Virus record (IMG/VR): IMGVR_UViG_3300028888_000086
DNA: 64,000 nucleotides
Reading direction: 5' to 3' (one strand)
Source of the DNA: a virus
Taxonomy: Duplodnaviria; Heunggongvirae; Uroviricota; Caudoviricetes
Below are positions 29,242-39,199 of this stretch, in pieces. Below the pieces are notes generated by a model. That model worked only from the letters and a program-made list of their open reading frames with translations, was not told the DNA's origin and ran no database searches. The position numbers were made by a program, and so were the translations under genes. How positions within the stretch are numbered: position 1 is the stretch's first letter; each line of letters starts with the position of its first letter.

Positions 29242-31293
29242 TTAATCTTTTTTCTTTATTAATTCATATCCTCTATCATATTTTCCAGTCTCTTTATTTA
29301 ATACAGTACAATCCTTAACTTCAAAATACTCCTCGAGATCACTAGCCTTTGCTTTCTTAGTATAATTTAGGGAATCATATAAGTTTTGTAAATCTTCTTT
29401 TATTGAGTTTCTAGAATATTTACTACCCTCTTGATAATTAGAATATATTTTATCTTTTAAATCTTCTTTATTAAACAAAGTAGCTTGATATTCTTTTTCA
29501 ATCTTAGTAATGTTATATCCTAATGCATATAATCTACTGGGCCCTAAAATCTCATAATATTTTTTATAAGTTAGTGGGATTTGATCTAATACTATTCCTC
29601 TTTCATTATCAGTTAAAGGATAAGTACATAACATTCCCATCTTTTCTCTAAATAATTTCTTATCCAAGAAGTCTACTAAAAAATCATGTATTTTATTAGA
29701 AAATTTATCGGATACTAAGTTATTTTCTTCAAGTGAATTAAAAACAGTAAATCTATCTTTGTAATCTACCTGTTGTATTTCAAATGCTCTTTTTTCAGAT
29801 ATCATTACTAACTTATTAAAAACTGGGTAAATATTTTCTCCAGAATGTTTATCTACTGCTACATAATTATTTTTATAATTAAAAGATTTTGCAACATCTT
29901 GATAAGTTTCTGCTAAATCATGTTTTGCATCTAGTGTAGAAGTCTCACTATAAGATTGTAATAAATTTTGAGTTTTCTTTGTCTTTGCTTGTATATATTC
30001 TTCAAACTCTTCTTGGGATTTCTTATCCTTAGATGATTTGTAATAAAACTCAGCACGATTCTTCCAGGGATTCTCTATTAATCTTTGTCTACCAAGTATC
30101 TGAGGAAGATCTAATGAAATATCAACAGAAAGAGTCTCAAAGTTAGCATCTGATAGTATAAAAGTTCTTGCATTTGTAGAATAAAAGTCTGCACCAAGAT
30201 AAACAGTACGAGTACAAAAAGTAAACATTTTATGTTTCTCTCCCCTTACAGGAATTTTACCAATATCAAATCCTTTACCTAATTTTTTCTTTATCTTAGT
30301 GTTATTGTTTAGGTCAGATTGAGAACATAATATATTACATTCTTCTGGTAATAGTTTACATCCCTTAATTATATCACATATATTTTTTACAGAATTAACA
30401 AAAAATACAGCTTCTCTAGACTCTATTATATTAATATTTCCTTGTTCATCCTTATAAGTAAACTTCTCAAAATTACCAGATTTATATTCATTAATAATCT
30501 CTTTTGCTTTACTTACTATTGATTTTGTAAATCTAACTTTCAAGTCCGGTTTTACTACTCTACCAGGTTGCTCACTTTCCCAATCTAACTCATAATAGGG
30601 GAGATCTTTAAATTCATCTAGTTCTTTTAAGTATTTATCTATCATAGGTGTAGCAGAAACAAAACATACTTTATTAATATTTTGTAATTGATTAACAAAA
30701 GTAAGTTCAGTATCTGACTTAAAACGTGAGTCTGTAAAAATGCTTTGGAACTCATCAATAATTATATGAAATTCTTGTATAATATTTCTATAAGATAAAT
30801 ACTCTTTAAGAATCCTAAAAGAGTCATAGGTAACAATTATTTTTGGAGTTCTTTTATTAAATATACAATCATGTAAGTAATTATCCAAGTCCATATTAAG
30901 TTTAGCAATAGATTCTTTTATCTTTTTATTTAATTCTTCTTTTTCTTCTTTGGTTAACTCTCTAGGTATCGATCCTCTAGTAATTTTAGTCAAATCTTTA
31001 TCTACAAAAAGATCTCTAATATACTCATTTCTGTAATAAAATAATTCCCCTTTATGCTGATCATATTTATTCTGGAGTAACATTAATCTAGGGGAACATA
31101 ATATTATAGGAATATTACAAGTTAAGCAATATTCAGTATAACCGCATCCTGGTATTTTTTTATCTAATATATGAGGAAACTGAAAGCTATTTAAATTATA
31201 TTCTTTCCAATTTCCTATATATCTTATTCCTCCTGGTACAATAATAGAATATTTATTTTCTTCTAATTGTATAATATTTAAACTACTATTCAT
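29242..31293 (-). CDS. SF2 (DEFQ-box) helicase
   Basis: HIIIDEFQ (motif II) and VCFVSATP (motif III); 683 aa. Confidence 0.65.
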   Translation of the reverse strand: MNSSLNIIQLEENKYSIIVPGGIRYIGNWKEYNLNSFQFPHILDKKIPGCGYTEYCLTCNIPIILCSPRLMLLQNKYDQHKGELFYYRNEYIRDLFVDKDLTKITRGSIPRELTKEEKEELNKKIKESIAKLNMDLDNYLHDCIFNKRTPKIIVTYDSFRILKEYLSYRNIIQEFHIIIDEFQSIFTDSRFKSDTELTFVNQLQNINKVCFVSATPMIDKYLKELDEFKDLPYYELDWESEQPGRVVKPDLKVRFTKSIVSKAKEIINEYKSGNFEKFTYKDEQGNINIIESREAVFFVNSVKNICDIIKGCKLLPEECNILCSQSDLNNNTKIKKKLGKGFDIGKIPVRGEKHKMFTFCTRTVYLGADFYSTNARTFILSDANFETLSVDISLDLPQILGRQRLIENPWKNRAEFYYKSSKDKKSQEEFEEYIQAKTKKTQNLLQSYSETSTLDAKHDLAETYQDVAKSFNYKNNYVAVDKHSGENIYPVFNKLVMISEKRAFEIQQVDYKDRFTVFNSLEENNLVSDKFSNKIHDFLVDFLDKKLFREKMGMLCTYPLTDNERGIVLDQIPLTYKKYYEILGPSRLYALGYNITKIEKEYQATLFNKEDLKDKIYSNYQEGSKYSRNSIKEDLQNLYDSLNYTKKAKASDLEEYFEVKDCTVLNKETGKYDRGYELIKKKD

Positions 31294-31643
31294 ATTATAT
31301 TATATTAAATTTATTTACATTATTTTCACAGACGGGCTGGCCTTGTGCAAGCCCAACCTAATAAATTACTGATTTTTATATTTATTTTATTTCTTTTTTT
31401 CATATATAGGATTTTTAAGGGATAATAAGTGTGTTTTTTACATTTCATGAGAAAATTTTAGGGATGTTACAAAGAATACTATTAAATATGTAAAAATGAG
31501 AAAAAATGTAAAATATCTCATAAATAACACAGGGGTCTATTCAAGAGTAAAAAAGTCTGGAAATTTTTTCTGTAACGAAGTGGAAAGAAAAAATTTGGGC
31601 AACTCCTAGGCTGCCCCTCTGTCTTTAAAAATGGGAAATTTTC

Positions 31644-31934
31644 TTATTTTCTTTCTATTTTCCAATTAAGTTTTATGATAAGTTTCAGTGTTTCCATCGC
31701 TGTATTTCTATCATACTCTTTTTCTGATTCTGGTAATTCATTGTAAGGGACTAAGCATGGGTGTTGTTTTAATTCATCATTTCTAACTTCTCCATAGCTC
31801 CATCCTTGATCAATTCTTTGTTTAGCCCAGATATCGTGTACATTTTCTGCAATTTGTTCACGTAATTCAATAAGTTCTTCTGGTAATTTAATTCCTTCTG
31901 TGTTAATTGGTTTAGGATTATAAGTTTCTTTCAT
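31644..31934 (-). CDS. RyR-domain protein
   Basis: AENVHDIWAKQRIDQGWSYG...HPCLVPYNELPESEKEYDR matches the RyR repeat consensus. GC is higher than in flanks. A GC-rich terminator hairpin lies at ~31598-31620. Confidence 0.6.
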   Translation of the reverse strand: MKETYNPKPINTEGIKLPEELIELREQIAENVHDIWAKQRIDQGWSYGEVRNDELKQHPCLVPYNELPESEKEYDRNTAMETLKLIIKLNWKIERK

Positions 31935-32154
31935 TTTACTTAGATTTAATTTAATTTAATTTCAATAATAAGGATTTGAAGAATTATTAAAAAAGAAGGA
32001 AGTTTCACCATCCCGGCTACTTCTTCCTAAAAATGTCATACAAAAACAACTGAATTATTGAGAATCATGCTTCCTCACATATATAAGGATTTCAGCTCTC
32101 TTTATTTTTAATTTATTTTTTACCATCTTTAAGTATTTTAATTTTTTCATAGTA

Positions 32155-33000
32155 TTAATTTATAATTTTATATTTATTTAATTCTCTTATTAATTCTTCC
32201 TTGGTAATCTCATTAAGGTTTATATATTCTTTTTCTATATACATTCCGGACTGTACCTGTGTTTGTATAACCCCATATAAATTACCATATAAAAAATCTA
32301 TATAAACAGAAAATAATGATACTTCTTCATAAAATTCTTCTTCTTTTTTAAGAAAATCTAATCTTATTTCATTATTTTCAATAGTATTAGTGATTAAATT
32401 AATATAACTCTTACAAACAGCTCCTATAGATTCCATTACAGGTTTTATTACAGGATCTATTATTTTATTGCAATAATATATATAATTTTGGAGTAAGAAA
32501 TTTATGTGTGGTGTTTTATCTTGACAATCTTGAATATATAAAACCTCTTCTAAGTTTTTTAAGTTTAGTCTATAAAATGGATTTATATTTTGATAAGATG
32601 TATCTTCTTCTATTAATCCAATTCCTCCTTTATAACCATCATCACCACACAATGTTTCATTTAAGGATAAGAAGGAATCTATTATATTAATTTCACCATA
32701 GACAATAATAGATTCACAGTAAAACCAATCATAGTTAATCTTTTTATCTATTTCTTTATATTTTATTCCACTACATAAATCATCTTCACTATATGGTATA
32801 TTTTCATTAAAAGAATATATATCTATACAATAAAGAATCATTTCTACAGATACTTTATTATTATTGTTGCTAGTATAGATTCTGTGGGTATATAAATCTT
32901 GTACTTTATTATTTTCAATATAAGGGTCAAATATAATACCACTTAGTTTAAAATTTTTCTTTTCTAAAAATTCTATATAGTCTTTTCCTGTTGTAGACAT
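32155..33000 (-). CDS. hypothetical protein
   Basis: 281-aa ORF. Confidence 0.5.
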   Translation of the reverse strand: MSTTGKDYIEFLEKKNFKLSGIIFDPYIENNKVQDLYTHRIYTSNNNNKVSVEMILYCIDIYSFNENIPYSEDDLCSGIKYKEIDKKINYDWFYCESIIVYGEINIIDSFLSLNETLCGDDGYKGGIGLIEEDTSYQNINPFYRLNLKNLEEVLYIQDCQDKTPHINFLLQNYIYYCNKIIDPVIKPVMESIGAVCKSYINLITNTIENNEIRLDFLKKEEEFYEEVSLFSVYIDFLYGNLYGVIQTQVQSGMYIEKEYINLNEITKEELIRELNKYKIIN

Positions 33001-33069
33001 TATTTATTTTATATTATCATTTATAAGAGTTTTAAATTCCTTATATATGAAAATTAAAAAAATATTAAT

Positions 33070-33453
33070 ATGTTAGCAGAAATTATTTTATGTGTATTGT
33101 TTGTATTATTTATCTTTCTTTTTATATTTTGTTTTATAGAAGAGAGAAAAAATTTAGGAGTTTTAAGTCTCATTTTAGCTTTATTTGCTGGTGTATTTTT
33201 TATATCTATACCATCTAAGGAGTATATAAATAATACTATAGATTATTATAACAGTTTAAAAAATCAGGTAGAGGTATTACAAGAATTAGATCCAGAATGT
33301 AAAGAGGTTGTTATAAATACTTTTTCACCTAGATTGTATTCTGAAGTTAATCGTATTAATGAATTAATAGAGTTTAATAAATCTAGAATTGGAACTTGGA
33401 ATGAGTTTATGATTTCTAAAGATATAGCAAGTTTAGAAAAAATAGAATATTAA
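33070..33453 (+). CDS. 2-TM membrane protein, paralog family A
   Basis: N-terminal hydrophobic helices; the C-terminal RIGTWNEFMISKDIASLEKI resembles the 34417 and 59342 paralogs. Confidence 0.55.
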   Translation: MLAEIILCVLFVLFIFLFIFCFIEERKNLGVLSLILALFAGVFFISIPSKEYINNTIDYYNSLKNQVEVLQELDPECKEVVINTFSPRLYSEVNRINELIEFNKSRIGTWNEFMISKDIASLEKIEY

Positions 33454-33458
33454 ATATT

Positions 33459-34214
33459 ATGAAAATATATCGTGCAGTTTTTGAATATAATAATGCAGAT
33501 TCTTGTGAATGGGAAAGATGGGATAGAGAGGTATCATCTTGGTATTTGAATAGAGAATTAGCAGAAAGTCATATACCTTTTCTTAAAAATTTTAAAGATT
33601 ATTTGCAGGATTATTATTCAGATAGTTATTGTTTTAGATGTAACGATCCATTTATAGAAGAACGAGAAGTATCTGAAAAAATCATCCCTCTTAATTTAGT
33701 AGATGCAGATAATATTCCTTTTACTGAGTTTAAGTATTTGAAATATAATGGACCTTTAGAAATAACTGAAAGACTATTAAAAGTTGATTTTCCAGTAGGT
33801 TTAAGTAGTTTTGATCTTATTTTATATATAGGTGATGAAGAATTTATTGTTAATGTAAATAGTGGAAATGTTTATAGAGTTAGTAAAAAATCAAACTATT
33901 ATAAATATTCTCAAGATGTAAGAGATAGACTTATTAATATTTGTAAAGAATATTATATTTCTATGAAAGCTTTATATAAAAAATTTGAAAAATCTTATAA
34001 AGCACTAGATAATGAAGAAAAAAGTAATTGGTGGGAACTTCAGAGAGTTTGTGGAGTTGAGTATGTTATAAAATTTTTATCTCAAGACTATAGATTAAAG
34101 TTAACAGAAGATTCAAAACATGGATTAAAAGAAGAATTAATTAGTTGGAGAAGTAAAAGTTTTCCTAAATATAGAGAATCATTAAAAAAATTATTAGAAT
34201 TTATACAAAAATGA
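33459..34214 (+). CDS. hypothetical protein
   Basis: 251-aa ORF. Confidence 0.5.
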   Translation: MKIYRAVFEYNNADSCEWERWDREVSSWYLNRELAESHIPFLKNFKDYLQDYYSDSYCFRCNDPFIEEREVSEKIIPLNLVDADNIPFTEFKYLKYNGPLEITERLLKVDFPVGLSSFDLILYIGDEEFIVNVNSGNVYRVSKKSNYYKYSQDVRDRLINICKEYYISMKALYKKFEKSYKALDNEEKSNWWELQRVCGVEYVIKFLSQDYRLKLTEDSKHGLKEELISWRSKSFPKYRESLKKLLEFIQK

Positions 34215-34416
34215 CAGAAGAAGAATTTTATCAGAATGCAGCTATATCAGCAATGCAAGGACTTATGGAAATAGGTGGAAAACTTGGGCTTGTTGTTGAT
34301 GCATTTCCTGAATTTTTAGCTGAACATTCATTTAAAATAGCTGATGAATTATTAAAAGAGTATAAAAAAAGAAGACCTAAGAGTGATTAAAGCTCTTAGA
34401 TTTTCTTTATATATTT

Positions 34417-34821
34417 TTATTCTTTTTCTACGTAATTAAGTAATTGTAAATTTGCGATTTTTTCTGAATATAACCAACCAACCCACCATGAATCTTTATA
34501 GACTTTATGTTTTTCTATATATTTATTCATTTCGTAGATATCATCAAATAGTTCTGATTGAGCTATTATTTTATTGTTATTTTCAGATGATATATTATTA
34601 TTTACTTGTTCTATTGCTATTTTTAATTCTTCATATTTAGCAATATCATATTTTATTTTATTTTTCCAGGGAAGATCAATAATTAAAGCTATAAGAACTA
34701 TTGATAACATAAGTCCTAAAATTGTAATAGGATATACAAAATCACTATCATTATTAATTCCCTTAATAAATCCAATAATACATATTACTAATAAAATTGT
34801 AATAATTGTAAATACTAACAT
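34417..34821 (-). CDS. 2-TM membrane protein, paralog family A
   Basis: C-terminal DSWWVGWLYSEKIANLQLL matches DSWWDGYQYSEKIGNLKKI of 59342-59749. Confidence 0.55.
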   Translation of the reverse strand: MLVFTIITILLVICIIGFIKGINNDSDFVYPITILGLMLSIVLIALIIDLPWKNKIKYDIAKYEELKIAIEQVNNNISSENNNKIIAQSELFDDIYEMNKYIEKHKVYKDSWWVGWLYSEKIANLQLLNYVEKE

Positions 34822-34863
34822 ATTTTAATTTGTTATTGTTATTATATATAAGGGTTTGAGAAC

Positions 34864-35865
34864 TTATTTATCATTTATTAGACTGCTTGAATATTGAGAA
34901 ATTACTTGACATTCAGCTGTATTTCTAAAAGTATCTAAATCTCGAGAATTACAATATGACATAGCAGAACATAAGTAATCATGCATATTTTCTACCCATC
35001 CTTCTAAAGTATATTGTTTCTTTAATATAATTTCTCTCCCTTCTGATGTTTTTAATTCTGTAGATTTTTTACCCATTTGTTTTTGTGCTTTTTTAGTAGA
35101 CATTCCATAATAAGATACTGGATCACCTACATTTTCTCCTTTTTTAGCAGCTACAGTAAATAATTTTCCACACATTACATAATCAGCACCTAAAGCAATA
35201 CACTTTATAACCTCTGAATAACTAGAGATACCTCCATCAGCTATAATTTTACATTTACCTAATATTTTTGTTTTTATTTTTCTTATATCATCAAGTAAGG
35301 AAGCTAATGGATAGTGTACTCCAGTTTGCGTAGAAGATAAACAAGATGATCCCCCACCAATCCCCACTCTAATAAAATCCGCACCAGCATTTTCGTATTT
35401 TTCATAAGTTTCTGGATTTGCTATATTTCCTACCATTACAACAACATTAGTACCAAATTTATTTTTTAATTTTTTACATAAGTCTATTTGTTTTTTCATA
35501 TGTCCATTAGCTACATCAATTAAAATATGATATCTAATACTTTTTGCAGGTACAGGAAACTCTAATATATCTTCTACTTCTTTAATTGAAAAAGCACAAA
35601 AATATTTAGTCATTAATTCAACTCTTTTTTTAGATGATACTGTTCTAGGAATTATAACAGATATACCCAATTTATCATATTCCTTATAATTATTTTCATC
35701 TAATACACAGGACATAGGAGCAGTAATAAGAGGTAAATATTCTTCTCTTTTTCCAGTAATATCAAAACAAGTAGGATTACATTCAGATCTACTTTCAATT
35801 TCACTTATAACACTAGGAATAATACTAATATCCCTTAATGAATACAATGTTTCTTTATAAATCAT
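34864..35865 (-). CDS. guaC: GMP reductase / IMP dehydrogenase-family TIM-barrel enzyme (GuaC-like, no CBS domains)
   Basis: IDVANGH (IDVANGY), IRVGIGGGSSCLSSTQTGVHYPLASL ([27 protein letters not shown], catalytic Cys), ADGGI; ~333 aa. Confidence 0.65.
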   Translation of the reverse strand: MIYKETLYSLRDISIIPSVISEIESRSECNPTCFDITGKREEYLPLITAPMSCVLDENNYKEYDKLGISVIIPRTVSSKKRVELMTKYFCAFSIKEVEDILEFPVPAKSIRYHILIDVANGHMKKQIDLCKKLKNKFGTNVVVMVGNIANPETYEKYENAGADFIRVGIGGGSSCLSSTQTGVHYPLASLLDDIRKIKTKILGKCKIIADGGISSYSEVIKCIALGADYVMCGKLFTVAAKKGENVGDPVSYYGMSTKKAQKQMGKKSTELKTSEGREIILKKQYTLEGWVENMHDYLCSAMSYCNSRDLDTFRNTAECQVISQYSSSLINDK

Positions 35866-36012
35866 ATATTTTAATTATTTTAGTATTTTCATATATAAGA
35901 TTAGAGAGCATTTTAAAGAGCATTTTTTATATTTTAAAAATTAAGCCTGAAATCCTTAATTATGAAATGAATAAATTAATTATAATTAACAAACTTAAAA
36001 AAAATAAATGTT

Positions 36013-36576
36013 ATGAATTTTTATAGTTTTTATGGATTTATTGCGTTACTTACATCATTATTATTTTTAGGACAATTAGTTTTAGGTCTTATTGGCGGAC
36101 TTGATTTCGGAATTGATGTTGATGTTGATTCCGATACAGATCTAGATGTAAGTGCAGATAATGACGTTGGATTTGAGATTAGTTCTCTAGTATCACCAAA
36201 AGGAATATTACATTTCTTGCTTGGTGGGTCTTGGTATTTAGTTTTAGCTGAATATACAAGAGGAGGATCTTTAACCTGGTATGATTATTTAATAGCTATT
36301 GGAGTTGGTTTTATACTAGCTCTTATGATGGCATTGCTCTACTGGGGAATGAGTAAATTAGAGTCAGAAAAGAAAAAGGAATCCGGAGAAGATTTAGTTG
36401 GAAGAGGTGGAACTATTTATTTAGCATCGAATGAAAGTGGTATTCACATTATAACTACTGTAATAAATGGTGCCTCTACTGAATTAACCGTAAAATCTAA
36501 ATCTGGAAAAGAATATAAAACTGGTGATTTAGTTACAATCCAGAGTTATGAACAAGGAATTTATTATATTGAATAA
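36013..36576 (+). CDS. NfeD-like membrane protein (partner of SPFH/flotillin proteins)
   Basis: N-terminal TM helices, acidic linker, and C-terminal OB-like segment GRGGTIYLASNESGIHIITTVINGASTELTVKSKSGKEYKTGDLVTI. It sits immediately upstream of the flotillin gene, as in yuaF-floT. Confidence 0.65.
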   Translation: MNFYSFYGFIALLTSLLFLGQLVLGLIGGLDFGIDVDVDSDTDLDVSADNDVGFEISSLVSPKGILHFLLGGSWYLVLAEYTRGGSLTWYDYLIAIGVGFILALMMALLYWGMSKLESEKKKESGEDLVGRGGTIYLASNESGIHIITTVINGASTELTVKSKSGKEYKTGDLVTIQSYEQGIYYIE

Positions 36577-36618
36577 CCTTATAACTAACTTAATTATTAA
36601 CAACAAAATTCAAAAGTC

Positions 36619-38781
36619 ATGAGTACACAATTAATTTTTGTGATCGTGAGTATAGTAGCATTAGTGTTACTATCGACTGTTGTACTGATCTTAACTCGGT
36701 ACAAAAAATGTAAATCAGACGAACTTCTAATCGTCTATGGTAGAACTTCAAAAAAGAAACTAAGATCTGCCAAGGATGGTGAGAAGGTTGAAATCGATTC
36801 TAGCAACTGTAAGTGCATTCAAGGTGGTGCAAAGTTTATTATCCCAGTAATTCAGGGATATTCGATCCTTAAGATGACACCGAAACAAATTGTATGTAAC
36901 TTAACGAATGCTCTTGACCTTCAAAAGATTGAGACATCGGTTAAGACTGTTATTACTGTTGCTATTTCTAAGACTCCAAGCGTTCAAATTAATGCCGCGA
37001 CTAGATTATTAGGATTAGATGACAAAGAAACTAGTTCGCTCATAAGTGAGATCTGTTTCGGTTCTTTGAGACTAGTGGTTTCTGAGATGTTACTTGAAGA
37101 TCTTGTTAATTCGAGAGATAAGTTTTTGGAACTCTGTAAGACAAGAATTGGATCTGAACTTGAAAAGATTGGTTTTGACTTAATCAATATCAATATTTCA
37201 GAAATTTCCGATAATGCTCACTACCTAGAAAATCTTGGTAAGAGTGCTGAGGCACGTGCTACATTTACTGCAAAGAGTGAGATTGAAAAGCGTACTAAGG
37301 AAGGTGAAATCGCGATAGCCACTCAGAAACAAGAGAAGGAAGTAAAACTCTCTGAAATTTCTCGTGATAAGGAAATTCAAGTTTCTGAAAACAAGAAACA
37401 GCAGGATATTAGAACTGCTGAAATTGAACGTGATAGGGTTACCACAACGGAAACAACTAAGAAGGAACAGGAAGTTTCTCTTAGGGATATCGAACGTGAG
37501 AAAAAAGTTCAAATAGCTGAGAAAGCCAAAGAGGAAACAGTTAAGATTCGTGAAGTTGAAAAGAATCAAACTTTGGAAACAGCCTCACTTGAAAGAGAAG
37601 AGGCTGAAAAGAAGTCTGAAATTGAACGTGATAAGCAAATTACTATTGCAACGAATCAGAGTGAACAAGCCCAGAAAGTGGCTGAACAAGAAAAACTTAA
37701 ACAATCTGAAGTTGCAAAACAATCTGCTGAGGCTCAAACTGCTGTTGCTACCGCTAATGCAGAACGTGATGCTAAGATTGCTGAACAAGAATCAAAATCT
37801 GAGGCGGCCCAAGCTAAATCTCGTCAAGATGCAGCAGCTAGTGTAGTAGAGGCTGAACAAAATGCTGAAGCTAGAAAAGAAACTGCTAAACAAGAGGCTA
37901 TAGCTAAGAAGAAAGAGGCTGAACAAAAATCAGAATCTGCTCAGGCTAAGGCTACTCAAGAGAAAGAAGCTCAAATAGCAGAATATGACTCTAGTCGTCG
38001 TAAGAGAACAGCTGAAGCAGATAAAACTGCTACAATTACGGAAAATACTGCTGGTATTGAAATTGCAAAATCAGATGCTCAGTTAGGTAAGGAACAAGCT
38101 GAGTCTCAGAAAATCATTGGTGAGAGTAAAGCTCAGTCTGAACAGGCTATTGGTATCGCCCAAGCCAGGAAGGATGAGGAAATTGCAGTAGCTCAGGCTA
38201 AGGCAGAAAAAGCCAAGCAGGAAGCAACTATCATGGTTGGTACTGAAATTGAGGCCGACAGAAAGAGAACTGAAGCTAAAGGTAAGAAGGATTCTACTAT
38301 TACTGAAGCTGAAGGTGAAGCCGAAGCAATTAAATTGAAAGCTTTTGCAGAAGCTGAAGCAATTAAGGCTAAAAAACTTGCAGAAGCTCAAGGAGAACTT
38401 GCTCTTGCAGAAGTACAAAAAGTACTTGAAGCAGCTAAATCCGAATCTTTGGCGAATCTTGCAAAAGCTAATGTTGCTGCAGAAGCTCAAATTAGTTGGA
38501 TTCTTAGAGATCAGTATGCTGAGATGATTGAAGCTGATTCAAAGAAATTTGAACATCTTACAACAGGTGATATCAAGATTATTGGTGGTACTGATACTGC
38601 TGGTAAGTTTTTGAAAGACACCGTTCAAGCTGTTCAACAATCTTCAATGCTCAGTGAATTTTTACCAGGTCTTGGAGGAGTTTTAGGAAAATTGGATAAA
38701 TTCGATAAAAAGAATCAAGTCCAATCGAGTGAAAATTCAGAGCAATTAGAAGCTCCAGAAGAACCTGAGTCAAAAGAATAA
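36619..38781 (+). CDS. floT: flotillin-like SPFH-domain protein with long E/A/K/Q-rich coiled coil (FloT/YuaG-like)
   Basis: N-terminal TM helix, SPFH-like region, AEAEAIKAK...AEAQ flotillin-type EA repeats, and conserved C-terminal IIGG.D. GC is ~40% against ~25% in the surroundings. Confidence 0.75.
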   Translation: MSTQLIFVIVSIVALVLLSTVVLILTRYKKCKSDELLIVYGRTSKKKLRSAKDGEKVEIDSSNCKCIQGGAKFIIPVIQGYSILKMTPKQIVCNLTNALDLQKIETSVKTVITVAISKTPSVQINAATRLLGLDDKETSSLISEICFGSLRLVVSEMLLEDLVNSRDKFLELCKTRIGSELEKIGFDLININISEISDNAHYLENLGKSAEARATFTAKSEIEKRTKEGEIAIATQKQEKEVKLSEISRDKEIQVSENKKQQDIRTAEIERDRVTTTETTKKEQEVSLRDIEREKKVQIAEKAKEETVKIREVEKNQTLETASLEREEAEKKSEIERDKQITIATNQSEQAQKVAEQEKLKQSEVAKQSAEAQTAVATANAERDAKIAEQESKSEAAQAKSRQDAAASVVEAEQNAEARKETAKQEAIAKKKEAEQKSESAQAKATQEKEAQIAEYDSSRRKRTAEADKTATITENTAGIEIAKSDAQLGKEQAESQKIIGESKAQSEQAIGIAQARKDEEIAVAQAKAEKAKQEATIMVGTEIEADRKRTEAKGKKDSTITEAEGEAEAIKLKAFAEAEAIKAKKLAEAQGELALAEVQKVLEAAKSESLANLAKANVAAEAQISWILRDQYAEMIEADSKKFEHLTTGDIKIIGGTDTAGKFLKDTVQAVQQSSMLSEFLPGLGGVLGKLDKFDKKNQVQSSENSEQLEAPEEPESKE

Positions 38782-38825
38782 TAAAATTAGAATAGATAAG
38801 AAATAAAATCTTATCTATTCTTTTA

Positions 38826-38846
38826 TTAAGAAAAAAAAGAAAGGCT
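38826..38846 (+). terminator. GC hairpin AAAGGCTCAAAGGCCTTTTTT after floT-like gene
   Basis: Palindromic AGGCCT core plus T-run. Confidence 0.6.
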
Positions 38847-38954
38847 CAAAGGCCTTTTTTAAAATTTGATAACGGTTTCCAGGTTTAACCTGGTTATTTA
38901 TATAATTTGTAGTGTCTTATATCGCTTTTTCTACTATTATGCGGGTAATTATTT

Positions 38955-39143
38955 TTACCAATCTTCGCCGCTAAATAGCGACACAATTACCATCACTGCA
39001 ATAATGGGCCAACAAAGTCCTGTTATACAGCAACGAATGACTCCCTTAAGAGTACTACTTTCGGGATGTACTAATACCCCGACAATCATGGCTATGATAG
39101 CCGATATGATTAAATATAAATAAACAGTCATAAAACAATACAC
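38955..39143 (-). CDS. small hydrophobic membrane protein (62 aa), relatively GC-rich
   Basis: Driven by the minus-oriented promoter at 39233-39252 plus a 5' hairpin. Sequence MTVYLYLIISAIIAMIVGVLV. Preferred over the overlapping plus-strand ORF 38866-39123. Confidence 0.5.
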   Translation of the reverse strand: MYCFMTVYLYLIISAIIAMIVGVLVHPESSTLKGVIRCCITGLCWPIIAVMVIVSLFSGEDW

Positions 39144-39199
39144 TATTTTTTACAGAGGTTGTGGTTCCTCTTTTAGTTAATATTTGATTACGATACAAA

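Noticed and set aside
36984-38527. Several antisense or alternate-frame ORFs inside the flotillin gene (36984-37193, 37225-37569, 37550-37846, 37585-37788, 38083-38490, 38345-38527)
   Set aside because: They are artefacts of the repetitive EA/KQ-rich coding sequence. The sense frame has clear SPFH/flotillin features.
38866-39123. Plus-strand 85-aa ORF overlapping the minus-strand small membrane ORF
   Set aside because: The minus-strand ORF has the promoter motif plus a 5' hairpin. The plus ORF begins inside the floT terminator region.
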